This document shows positions 22,301-28,787 of a stretch of 43,751 nucleotides of DNA, in pieces. Each line of letters opens with the position of its first letter. Position 1 is the stretch's first letter. Position numbers and translations under genes: made by a program. The notes below the pieces were generated by a model. The model made no database searches, was not told where the DNA came from, and saw only the letters and a program-made list of their open reading frames with translations. The stretch is from an uncultured archaeon (GTDB lineage: Archaea > EX4484-52 > JAADEF01): NCBI GenBank assembly GCA_964407715.1, contig CAYOWP010000008.1, forward strand, positions 7,161 to 50,911, in the 5' to 3' direction.

Positions 22301-25300
22301 TGTACACAGGATCAGTTTCAACTGTAGTATCTGGATCATCATTCCACTTACTCGTATCTAATGAACCACTTTCAAAATCATCAAAGAAAATAAATACCTC
22401 ATCTGGATTTTCATCGCTTAATGTATCGTTATTACCATAATACATATACACTGTTGTATTTGAATTTGCCTTCAATAAAGGAACTTTTATCCATATAATG
22501 GTATTGGAGGTATCGCATCCACTCTCAATCCAATAAGGTATTGGTTTCTCTTGTTTTGATGTTTCATTATAGTATGTGAATCTTATATCCTGACATGTTG
22601 TGTTCATCTTGCCTTGGCTGATTAATGTTTGTGTATCTATTGTTAGATTTATCTGGAAGTCTTTAAGGTCCTCATTGTTTGGATTTGTAATATTTATGGG
22701 TTTACGATATAGCCAATCATAGTCATACCAAGATTTTAATGAATTATTCATTAAGAATAGCTCACCATGTTTAACGCTAACAGTAACATTTTCTCTATAA
22801 GAGGCATTATAGAAATCTTCACTACTATCATCTATCAAGAATTTTAATGGAGCTGCCAATGAGAAATATTGTGACCAAGCATAAGGAGAGTTATAGACTC
22901 TTTCATAGTCTATTTGAATCTTATACAATTTTGGAGATGTTTTATTGTCTGTTGTATTCATCTGTACCATAAGTTGTAGATATCTCTCTGAAGGAAGATC
23001 AGGATAGGTGCTATTTGTTATTACTTTCCATGAGTTCCATGATAATTTATCATTTGATGTTCTTGCATACAATGTTAATGATGTATTTTGTGGAATTGTT
23101 GCTATGTATGTGATATTTGTATAGTTTATGGATATGGAGAAGAAATCTAAAGTTGTGATATATGTTCCGTTTTCATGATAGGTAAGGTCATTTTCTTCTT
23201 CTTCTCCCATATAGCTATCAAAGGTCATGTTCTCAGCATATTTCCTAACATATATCAAATCATATCTTGCAGGATTTGATGATGAGTCAGCATCATTAAA
23301 TCCACATAAACTACCTGAAACATAGGAAAGAGTATTTGAGGTGGAATATCCATTATTCAAATCTATTATATATTGATATCCATCACGCAATGTGATTCTA
23401 TAGTGATGGAAAGTTGTATCTGTTTGCGAACCTGATGGATAACAAACACTTGTATCAATACATTGAGATCCAGAACCATCATCTGATATGAAGTATATGT
23501 TTCCTATCTTTAATCCAGAATCAAAATCACTTCTAGTTTCCTCTTCTCTCATCCAGAAATCTACAAATATATCTGCAGACATACTTTTTATAGTACATGC
23601 ACCTAATATTTCATTACCACCATTAACTTTCATAACTCCTGTATTGTACACAGGATCAGTTTCAACTGTAGTATCTGGATCATCATTCCACTTACTCGTA
23701 TCTAATGAACCACTTTCAAAATCATCAAAGAAAATAAATACCTCATCTGGATTTTCATCGCTTAATGTATCGTTATTACCATAATACATATACACTGTTG
23801 TATTTGAATTTGCCTTCAATAAAGGAACTTTTATCCATATAATGGTATTGGAGGTATCGCATCCACTCTCAATCCAATAAGGTATTGGTTTCTCTTGTTT
23901 TGATGTTTCATTATAGTATGTGAATCTTATATCCTGACATGTTGTGTTCATCTTGCCTTGGCTGATTAATGTTTGTGTATCTATTGTTAGATTTATCTGG
24001 AAGTCTTTAAGGTCCTCATTGTTTGGATTTGTAATATTTATGGGTTTACGATATAGCCAATCACTATATCCACTATACCAATCTGTAGTGAGTGGTGCAA
24101 GTTTTAGATAGTCTTCAGGGGAAGCATCAATAATTGTTATGTTTTCCATGTAATCGTAGTATATAAAGTCATTATAATCAGATAGGATTTTACTTCCATT
24201 ATCATATAATGAGAATCCTCTTGCTTTGACGGTGCTATTTAGATAAAATGACTCGTACCTATAAAGTTTCATGTTATTTGGAGGAAATGTAATTGTAACA
24301 TTAAAGCTGCCAACATACTCTGTGGAGTTATAAATTAATATGGTATCGTTATGATAATACTTAGTCACGTAAATATAATCAAAATATGCTGTTTGAGATG
24401 ATGAATCAGCATCATTAACTATGAAAACATATCCATCTCTGATAGGAGGTGCATTTGTGGAGGAAGTTGTGGTGTCATCTTCATAATTATACCACTCAAG
24501 TGAATTATTTTTCATAATTAATTTATAAGTTCTCCATGATGATGTTGACACTCCGCTTCCTCCGCCAGAAATAGTATTACTCCACCAATCTGGATAGTGA
24601 ATATACATAACATTTCCGCCTGGATAATCATCTGTTGCTATGGTTATATCTCCGGAGGCATTTCCTACTGCTACACCACCATCAAAATCTTCAGATGTTT
24701 GTGCCATCATTGAAATTCCAACCACAAAGGGCATGTAGAAATATTGAGCTGTTCTAACATGCTCTATAGAATCTCCTCCAGTACCTTTGAACATACCATC
24801 TGATACTGTATATGAGCCATCAACATCTACCCATTTTGATGAATCTAAAGATGTTCCAGGAAAGTCATCAAAAAAATCAAATGTTTTATAGCCATCGCTT
24901 TCATCAGCAGCATCGGGATTATAGTGATAAATGAAAAGAGTTATATTACCATTAGCAGATAAATTTTGCACTCTTACCCATACATATCCTTTTTTGTTGA
25001 CGCTATCCACATATTCTATCCAATGAGATAACAAAGTTTCTGTTTGGGTTGTTTCATTAAACTGGGTTATTCTTATGTCGCTTAAATCTGAATTTGCGAG
25101 ATCCCATTTAAAGTTTGTTGAGTTTAGGATGAGAAGTACAGAGTTGTTTTTTAAACTATAGTTATTTGTATTTTTTAGGTAATATATGCTCCTATACTCC
25201 CAAGATTCATTCCACCAACCACTATAGAAAGGATCAAAATAGAAGAGTTTAAAGGAATATTGTGGTCGTGATTTCATTGTTATTGTAATTGGATATTCTA

Positions 25301-25952
25301 TATTTGTGTTATCTATTTCATAAAGAATGTTAATCCATGAGTTATCTGGAAGAATTTCTTTATAAAAGATATCCTCTATGCTTTCTGGTGAGATCCCTTT
25401 TTTTCTCAAATCTTCCTTGATATTCTCTACCCAATGTGCATTGCTTTTCCATTCTTTTTTTAGGTTTTCTATATATTTTATTTTTGTGAATGATATCTTT
25501 TTTCCTTTTTTATCTCTTATATCTATTAATACATCTCCATCTGTTTTTGAGAGAATGAAATATTTTGTATCATTATAGATTTTATAGGTTACTTCTCTAT
25601 AAAGTGGGTTGGATTTTATGCTTAAGATATCTACTTTTGTTTTATATGTTTGTATCTCAAAGTTTTTTATTTTTATTAATGTCTTTTTGTTTGAGTATAT
25701 GGATTTATTTTTAATGAGAGAGATATCATATTCCTCTAAGTTGTATATCCTGTTAATATTTTTTTCTTTTATCCCAAGGTTCTTTGCCACTAACCTTGCA
25801 TCTATATTGCTATCACTCATTAATAGAGACGAATATATATGATATGGAGAATAAAAAATATGAACAGAAAAATAAACAAGTAAGATCCCTAGGATTATGC
25901 AAAAAATCAACATGATTTTGCTTTTTAAACTTTGCTTTCTTAGGTTTATCAT
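10359..25952 (-). CDS. Giant 5197-aa cell-surface protein with six DUF2341-like domains, Ig-like repeats and lectin-like repeats
   Basis: Uninterrupted 15.6-kb ORF; N-terminal hydrophobic anchor; repeated W.YR.PI.I.N...DIRF...IPYWIE...IWIKVP...YMYYGN...FFDDF pattern; Ig-like GxxxTDxxGxA repeats; very many N-x-S/T sequons. Confidence 0.9.
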   Translation of the reverse strand: MINLRKQSLKSKIMLIFCIILGILLVYFSVHIFYSPYHIYSSLLMSDSNIDARLVAKNLGIKEKNINRIYNLEEYDISLIKNKSIYSNKKTLIKIKNFEIQTYKTKVDILSIKSNPLYREVTYKIYNDTKYFILSKTDGDVLIDIRDKKGKKISFTKIKYIENLKKEWKSNAHWVENIKEDLRKKGISPESIEDIFYKEILPDNSWINILYEIDNTNIEYPITITMKSRPQYSFKLFYFDPFYSGWWNESWEYRSIYYLKNTNNYSLKNNSVLLILNSTNFKWDLANSDLSDIRITQFNETTQTETLLSHWIEYVDSVNKKGYVWVRVQNLSANGNITLFIYHYNPDAADESDGYKTFDFFDDFPGTSLDSSKWVDVDGSYTVSDGMFKGTGGDSIEHVRTAQYFYMPFVVGISMMAQTSEDFDGGVAVGNASGDITIATDDYPGGNVMYIHYPDWWSNTISGGGSGVSTSSWRTYKLIMKNNSLEWYNYEDDTTTSSTNAPPIRDGYVFIVNDADSSSQTAYFDYIYVTKYYHNDTILIYNSTEYVGSFNVTITFPPNNMKLYRYESFYLNSTVKARGFSLYDNGSKILSDYNDFIYYDYMENITIIDASPEDYLKLAPLTTDWYSGYSDWLYRKPINITNPNNEDLKDFQINLTIDTQTLISQGKMNTTCQDIRFTYYNETSKQEKPIPYWIESGCDTSNTIIWIKVPLLKANSNTTVYMYYGNNDTLSDENPDEVFIFFDDFESGSLDTSKWNDDPDTTVETDPVYNTGVMKVNGGNEILGACTIKSMSADIFVDFWMREEETRSDFDSGLKIGNIYFISDDGSGSQCIDTSVCYPSGSQTDTTFHHYRITLRDGYQYIIDLNNGYSTSNTLSYVSGSLCGFNDADSSSNPARYDLIYVRKYAENMTFDSYMGEEEENDLTYHENGTYITTLDFFSISINYTNITYIATIPQNTSLTLYARTSNDKLSWNSWKVITNSTYPDLPSERYLQLMVQMNTTDNKTSPKLYKIQIDYERVYNSPYAWSQYFSLAAPLKFLIDDSSEDFYNASYRENVTVSVKHGELFLMNNSLKSWYDYDWLYRKPINITNPNNEDLKDFQINLTIDTQTLISQGKMNTTCQDIRFTYYNETSKQEKPIPYWIESGCDTSNTIIWIKVPLLKANSNTTVYMYYGNNDTLSDENPDEVFIFFDDFESGSLDTSKWNDDPDTTVETDPVYNTGVMKVNGGNEILGACTIKSMSADIFVDFWMREEETRSDFDSGLKIGNIYFISDDGSGSQCIDTSVCYPSGSQTDTTFHHYRITLRDGYQYIIDLNNGYSTSNTLSYVSGSLCGFNDADSSSNPARYDLIYVRKYAENATFKSYVGSEEKRKIENSGIYISKVFNIGTAEYQFNKFYWYGKDMQYSDTTFYVRTSPDGSAWSEWYLMDNNTVIEAPPDKYVQYKVEFTSTYGNESDIIDKIQLGYRVLIPSFVIMKPSSIFSTTNPHTCSLEEVKKNTSSCKCNISWVITPKQEGNYTIRIKVNSTNQYIEDAYSQEINVTVFIRTYIIDFTIIPSVQGQGRNITLRAKLVNDLNEPLSAHNITFYDATANKYYGTALTDENGYAEITYTIPKDEILGYHTVYAMFNGSWPEFLEKSNASSQYKVSSVPQINKIYALPYWQGNHQIIRLRANITDEVGVDTALIYVYNSTNDVIVDGASMSYIGNDLYEYNFSSWHADKFKFYVWVNNTDGIDNQSDFAYFVVDVKAEFSVKTEKDKYRNFEKVYLSNYDYDWFNTSWKYRLPIELYNPNDESVCFDVINITLNTKQLISQGKMKNSCEDLRITVIKNIYLVELNITNTNSVSFTDRSVKITINNKEIVANMNEDGSDIRIFETRVENPYHNDTFLDYWVESINKEAGTAIIWIKIPYIGAHKTKTLYMYYGNKNALNKQNYSAVFNKVIGEARTFILNSTNTTISFMHAYSQSPIIIASLNSENEADQAFVRILSISTNEFTAKIEESVALDGVHGNENASYIAMLPGQWLVGGKYIEVGTSTVDSSYSTVTFQKVFSSKPVVLTQTLTYNEADPVKTRVDNILTGSFEVKLEETDTSDTSHTYEDIGYIAMQPMSFKIDTFRMQCDIRSHNQPTGDDWTLYTLSFRDAFPAVVAKVLSENGGDNLHERIRNVKLGSFEYQMEEEAGYDGYHTTEDNGYLAISNATLIYGLPYGDYSMSTTVGDPQVIGSTYEEIPYWIESGCNTSNTLIWTQVPIINSHDKTYLYIYYGNPSAEDKQNKSAVFSYLCKKSLYYVLDEDIASANLQISAYYNNTEFEIGGYSSTVDKQQIATISSSYLSLGSALKSNKPLSTTTLSSGNGDALTPKIALGKEFISYAIRGTEYLTVLSFGDDNIIEFYSISGGTYNKVGSLSLNYEQANTFTYDFSDGVAIYVNSTKPILLHRKAESNYDFFTVFPPNKEWYGVPSNNLVITALKANTHITIYRSDQNTPTTITLTNAGDSYTSGSLGQQGNAPAMYIKADKPVYALAYADGDGTEGTTFLPKHELEDEYILPADAEYVAIATQDADATCYAYYANNTLAASQHASASNTSYPNPGFVRFGNLPGGTMINCTSPFFAYFERAGSYETNLYGIKHFRNAFEYSIVQINRTEEDVYNNLKNRGNTTLKGYLYMIVEEETSTGWSLVFPGGVIINDKADGNLRTLLPGEEINLTQLWKSEGGWDTSDHAPGRYRVYAAFVDENMNPIRDSFGNRLEDYYIFEIIESELRMTKLEHENIYKGNVKEYEVGDNIALINITVKAYNNTAIDAKVELDLVKKDKSYAGFGPLNEIYSCGNIPYDSECYAIYDNSSNGYPIPLTAQGNYMFYWNVTMTLENGKTRSNGTEYIIVHDLRNNVSSTLQPTRIYIGGNKLAYYNFTLYNAWSVNISDVNVTINCDPTLNCTCALPGQENQQNICYLGNISGNTYAYANFSINYTQSTQQGDYIINATLQYVNIGDEYKKWEELAPQTLEVRYQGILVITPYTYPTRVIRGSGGYLFESYINNTADINATNAWLNYTLPSGWINASGNLSEKTSLLEPYHIFWNNITVNITSSASLGLQTVTLKSASDQGQEDFKNLQIEVFAKTQVINITFNDTNASVGESVIIEAKLLNDLGNPVSNEQLRFYDETEGIFIGSSITNSQGIASITYDIPLDAQPGLHLINVSFFGNDASYLLYSDNQSYLDIGLKPKINALWHEPQEISYGGNISIYANLTDDDGIANAILYIEYPNGSQYSYNMTNIYGDIYSYNLTNLWDYGTYHYYVTTEDITGSKNTSQTNIFKLNSYAQVYVKTDNSSYPPNTDVYLISNKSWYYRDRYYKRKIVLENLHPFQLNGSYELIVVDTKELIDAGKLDEHCRSLAFTYYNTSSQEEENTSFYIIPGSCNRKKTYIYVYVPEIPQNGNATLFMYYDSHASVKNYASSEIEITSYDQNITIHYPVSSVHNGSDAYAIAFKDGYMIVDSTVHALTEQQPELISSTEMSQNSPIAHDVPVFIASVHDDGDAFPSIAMAGKRFTYRMDRGSDRFYVLSPWKDANCKIYDSTSLVDSFTVQKGQAVTRNTDITDGNAGILECDAPVLAFHDATGNDAYIMYPASKEWYGVASEYLMISALEDNTYVWYYKSDGTTNATPIILNRGETYRETGLGSQGAGPAVYVKANKPVGVNSIADGDGTDGTTFLPGWELSSKYYFPVDFEYIAVAVPYSFTKCDLKNSLGQVVDSKTVGNLESPYPGHMLFGAGDAGYSLECNNSVFAYYEQLSNDRETNIFGAISNRISYGYNSTKKYILEEFNQGSVVINHGNSSMHYYLVAYVQQNTTSGWVTIETIINDSSTDTLRFLSPHDSFEFASIWNASPFNTNLYPKGVYRVKVDIANKKGNILQSIYGLITNTDEFNISTGELKLNITSIRVYNITNSLNPRTSTLDLEKEGLNDTFIMYVDEIYRIEIDVNVSSDSAIWWINETNVSYENLDSSKWIIKYNDIWYRNSTDTSDRIGGKFENNILEWNTSALDGKEDPGGKVTFYFILNLTNATPDERQVTFKVVGSGVGERDISTFRILAQDNDPPDLYNNTYGLNVSYIIRGEDVLAYARWDEEISNAIIEYNSTASTLINYTITLPSPNPYNWTNYTIDTGPLWLLGNHVVKIYASDVAGNMNSSLWYLTLPVYGLASITNGYINASEIGVGDYVEIHCQVKDLSASPPSPIEGYAVYFYNSTHLLGVNYTNSSGYASWIYMDTTPGYETLKCNISDNETLFYKADPSSDEKSFTIFTKESVYPNYTLVLQNTSLIHKGESIEMDVYWHDNYQLDYAILEMNVSGTFENISAMYLSHQKDAWANFTYTYPVTYSPGYIAWKQYANDTSGNINSTSYTIFEVWGWAKISSITLNPSSMYVGNSTIISCKVIDANSSSPIEGYMVRFYNETHLLGVNYTDSNGIATWNYTDYTEGQETMTCEILDNSTLMYNASYPRNKSATLNTVVSGDAVPPHIVNNLYGLNVSYTDKVFRNESILLYGLWDEEINYSWYEINTTSPNMYFVYVPGHVNNWTNHTITLNYSWLVGVHYVKLYANDTAGNVNNTLSYLNFSVWGFSRVDWISPQDGQEVNRSIIYLITNVSDYDTWACIDGYKVDYYDNVTPGYYLGSAYTDKNNNCYANFTWDASTTEVGYHKLTAMIDDDPDKYYEAYSETSSITIIIVIMGALNTTILSPLEGSKLYRGQSYWFNSTTKDDTGETITPESVVWADNGTQIGSQENFTYTIPSNAPLGYHLIEVNTSAPYYKRGHDEVMVEYWSKADVNVTYPYNGSSVYINNTVQIKCSVKDYVNEQGIANYNVSFYVENSTYTEYLGSSLTDSSGIATLNWFVDENKYVKGSYYDIVCKINSEPELWYETNISESRNTVYINETLGVLWVELIFPDPETTTYVSRYDNFYINATVTCKYGGCGDVNATAIYNESYIISTTIGAQPFYINDGQPNPRLCLANMQPNQTCNISFLVNATGEYGSEWNVSVWFNSSLGMTNSTENAEVYIGYVLLLSVEPENITYWYLPPQDATQNYITPPVTVADPSTSMIKAANTTEIKLSPDSADGNGGLWIKGENLTSSTPGYEIPVWNITRCLGRVEDYPTPSSAQSCWSDMDNKLSYEYRQILSAMYAGDWVNLTLFLDIPPVYSGVYSGTIWIMVNASY
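21886..24063. repeat. 834-bp direct repeat inside the giant gene (21886-22719 and 23230-24063)
   Basis: Offset 1344 bp. The translated segments are identical and the antisense ORFs 22144..22440 and 23488..23784 are identical too; no nucleotide mismatch noticed by eye. Confidence 0.92.
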
Positions 25953-25955
25953 TAT

Positions 25956-28625
25956 TCAAAACACCTCTTTGAGATGCTTTATATATTCCTTTCTTGATTT
26001 CCTCATTCTTTCCTTTTTCCTTTTCATTATATAGCTATATCCTATAAAACTTGATATCCCTATAAAAAATATAACACCAATAACTTTAAAAGATTTATCT
26101 CTTGTAATATCAATGATCCTTCCAGTTATGCTTGCAAAGGCATTTATGCTTTTTTCTTCATTTTGGGTTATTGCATTTTCTACAAATTCTATTTCGCTTT
26201 CAGTATCGCTTTCAGTAGTTTCGTTTGATGGTGTTTTATTCAAGGAGTTTGTATTTTGATTTTTATTGTTTGAGTTTGATGATCTCACGTGTTTGTTGTG
26301 CTTATTGGATTGCGCATTATTTTCAGATATTTTATGCGTATCTTCTGTATTTGATTTATCGGATGTGCTTACATTTGCTTTTTTTGGCAACTTGTACCAA
26401 TATTCTACATATATTTTATGGCTTCCGCTATTGTATGGCAATTGAATTATTAGCATGTCCTCATCTAACGTGTAATTTAACGAATTAGACAAATCATTTT
26501 GATACACTACCAATGCCTCTCTTTCATCAAAGTGTTTCAAATCATTGGTATTTAGGATGTATTTTAACGTCTTTCCATTTAATAAACGTGTGTAAGGAAT
26601 ATAATATGAGACAATATACGAGTATTTTATTCTCTTATTGCTTATTTTTGTTTTAACAAATTGCGTTGATAACTTAATAATATCACATTCATATCGCGCT
26701 TCGATTTCTTTATTTTCTAAGGGAAATATATTTATATAAAGAGGTTCCTTTAAATCACAAGAGGTTTCATTAAAGATATCTGAATATCGCATTGGAAATC
26801 TTGTCTTTAAATCAACAAAATAGATATTATCTTTGTTGATAACTTTTTGTTTTAGATATACATTTAAAGGTTTTGTAAGATATATCTCTTCATTCTTTAA
26901 ATAATAATCATTTGTATATGAAGATATTACTCTATAATATCCCTTTAACTTAACTGTTACAAAAGCCTTATAGTTTATATCTATTTTGCCATGCTCACCA
27001 TCGTATGGCACATAATAGGGCAACTTTTCATTTAAAAACTCTGTTAGGTTGTATTTAACATCTTTAAATGGAAGATGAGTAACAAAAGCATCATCTTTGT
27101 TTATTATAGAGATGTTTGCTATAATATATGTAGCGCCTAATATTTCACTCTCTTTTGATGTATCCTGTTCTATGCCATCTATTTTTATTTCAAAAGGATT
27201 TGCTGTTTTATTAGGGGAGTAATAGATGGTAATATTTCCTTTATGATTTTTACATATTAATGTCTTGTTATTTTTCCAATATTTAAAGAAAGCGCATCCT
27301 TTTATATATGAGATCTCATCAGAGAAACCATTAAGTAGAATGGTGTTAACATTAGATGGAATCTCAGGTATTCTAAGTACAATAGTGAGATTCTCAGATG
27401 AAGAGATGTTTTCTCTTTTTTCAAAGTCAAGATAAGGTTGCATTAATGGTAGGCCTTTATGATAACATGTCAATGAATCTCTATCTAAAGAAAAGTAGCA
27501 ATCCATTACATTATTTGCCTTATTGAATACAAAGAGATATGATTTCGTGTTATTTGCATAATCATATAGAGTTAGATTAATTTTGATGTCTTTTTGTGGT
27601 AAATCATTAAGAAGTATATGCTTACATTCCTCATAACTTAGATATCCCTTATATTTTCCATTAATCCAATATGAACATGCCTTTGAGTTATTTTTTACAT
27701 CCTCAAAAGTTAAGTTTAGCTCTATATATGTGTGATTTATAATATTTGAGTTGTTCTCAGGAAAAGAAGAAAATTCTATTATCTGTGGTGGCTTGTCATC
27801 CAAGTAATAATAATATGTTGTATTAATCCATTCATAAGGCGTGCGTGTAAGTATTCTTATATCAAATATAGGAGAGAAGGTATCTTTTACGTCATCATCA
27901 TAAATCAATTGTGAGAGATCAACATAAAAAGGAAAATTCTTATTCTTCTCGCAGGGAGTATCTTCATCACATAAAAGCTTGTGAGATGAGGGATTATCAT
28001 CGTTGTTATCAATGCAATAAGGATACTTAACATAAGCAATTTTAATGATGTTATTATAAGGAAAAACATATGAGAAATTAAAAGGATAAGTCAGATTTTC
28101 AGCATTAGTATCAAGGGGATATGATGAAGAGGGAGACACGTGATATTCAAAATTATTATAGAAGAGTTGTTTATAATAATACTCAATCTCATTGTTATTC
28201 AATAGAGTTTTAACTCTAATTTCAATAGATTTATTGTTTTGTTTGGATAATTTTATGATGTTTGTATCGCATTTTTTGGTTTTGTCATCACGTTGTGGAA
28301 TATCATCAGGATTGTCATACCATAATATTGTTACGTTTATATAATCATTTGTGGTATCTAAAAGACAATTTTCAGATGGTTCACCATCAATAAGAAAAGT
28401 TACATTTGCTTGAGTTGATCCGCTTTCAAAATACACCTCTATATAATTTATTTTGCTATCATTAAGAATATAGGTTATATCATTGGTAGTGGTATCATCA
28501 TAGGAGATATTTTTTTCATTAAGGAGAGGATAATGCTCTATTATTTGTTGAGAATATGCAATACTAACAAAGATATATAAAAGGAATACAGTTATCAGAA
28601 TTTTCATTTTTAAATATTTTAACAT
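25956..28625 (-). CDS. Secreted, C-terminally anchored surface protein (889 aa)
   Basis: Signal peptide (MKILITVFLLYIFVSIAYS), Ig-like segment (DDKPPQI...YDYANN), N/S/K/T-rich stalk, C-terminal TM followed by basic tail; stops 3 bp before the giant gene. Confidence 0.8.
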   Translation of the reverse strand: MLKYLKMKILITVFLLYIFVSIAYSQQIIEHYPLLNEKNISYDDTTTNDITYILNDSKINYIEVYFESGSTQANVTFLIDGEPSENCLLDTTNDYINVTILWYDNPDDIPQRDDKTKKCDTNIIKLSKQNNKSIEIRVKTLLNNNEIEYYYKQLFYNNFEYHVSPSSSYPLDTNAENLTYPFNFSYVFPYNNIIKIAYVKYPYCIDNNDDNPSSHKLLCDEDTPCEKNKNFPFYVDLSQLIYDDDVKDTFSPIFDIRILTRTPYEWINTTYYYYLDDKPPQIIEFSSFPENNSNIINHTYIELNLTFEDVKNNSKACSYWINGKYKGYLSYEECKHILLNDLPQKDIKINLTLYDYANNTKSYLFVFNKANNVMDCYFSLDRDSLTCYHKGLPLMQPYLDFEKRENISSSENLTIVLRIPEIPSNVNTILLNGFSDEISYIKGCAFFKYWKNNKTLICKNHKGNITIYYSPNKTANPFEIKIDGIEQDTSKESEILGATYIIANISIINKDDAFVTHLPFKDVKYNLTEFLNEKLPYYVPYDGEHGKIDINYKAFVTVKLKGYYRVISSYTNDYYLKNEEIYLTKPLNVYLKQKVINKDNIYFVDLKTRFPMRYSDIFNETSCDLKEPLYINIFPLENKEIEARYECDIIKLSTQFVKTKISNKRIKYSYIVSYYIPYTRLLNGKTLKYILNTNDLKHFDEREALVVYQNDLSNSLNYTLDEDMLIIQLPYNSGSHKIYVEYWYKLPKKANVSTSDKSNTEDTHKISENNAQSNKHNKHVRSSNSNNKNQNTNSLNKTPSNETTESDTESEIEFVENAITQNEEKSINAFASITGRIIDITRDKSFKVIGVIFFIGISSFIGYSYIMKRKKERMRKSRKEYIKHLKEVF

Positions 28626-28703
28626 AACAATATATTAATATATCAATATTTTTAAAACTATCGCTTATAATCACATGCCAGGCATTGTCCAATAATTCTT
28701 TAT

Positions 28704-28767
28704 TGTTAAGCGGAAACTTAACGCGCAAATAGCACTTTTTTGATATGGCTACGTCTCCAGTTAACCA
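28704..28767 (+). repeat. Degenerate, internally deleted copy of the palindromic element
   Basis: TGTTAAGCGGAAA at left and TTTTTGATATGGCTACGTCTCCAGTTAACCA at right, matching the right arm of the copy ending at 9260. Confidence 0.65.
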
Positions 28768-28787
28768 ATTCTAAAAGCTTTGATTTC

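Noticed and set aside
21886-24063. Diversity-generating retroelement TR/VR pair
   Set aside because: Copies appear identical with no adenine-specific mismatches, both are in-frame coding, and no reverse transcriptase is in the window.
10995-26488. Numerous 60-136 aa plus-strand ORFs within the surface genes, and similar antisense ORFs elsewhere
   Set aside because: Antisense or off-frame shadows of long, well-supported CDSs with atypical composition.
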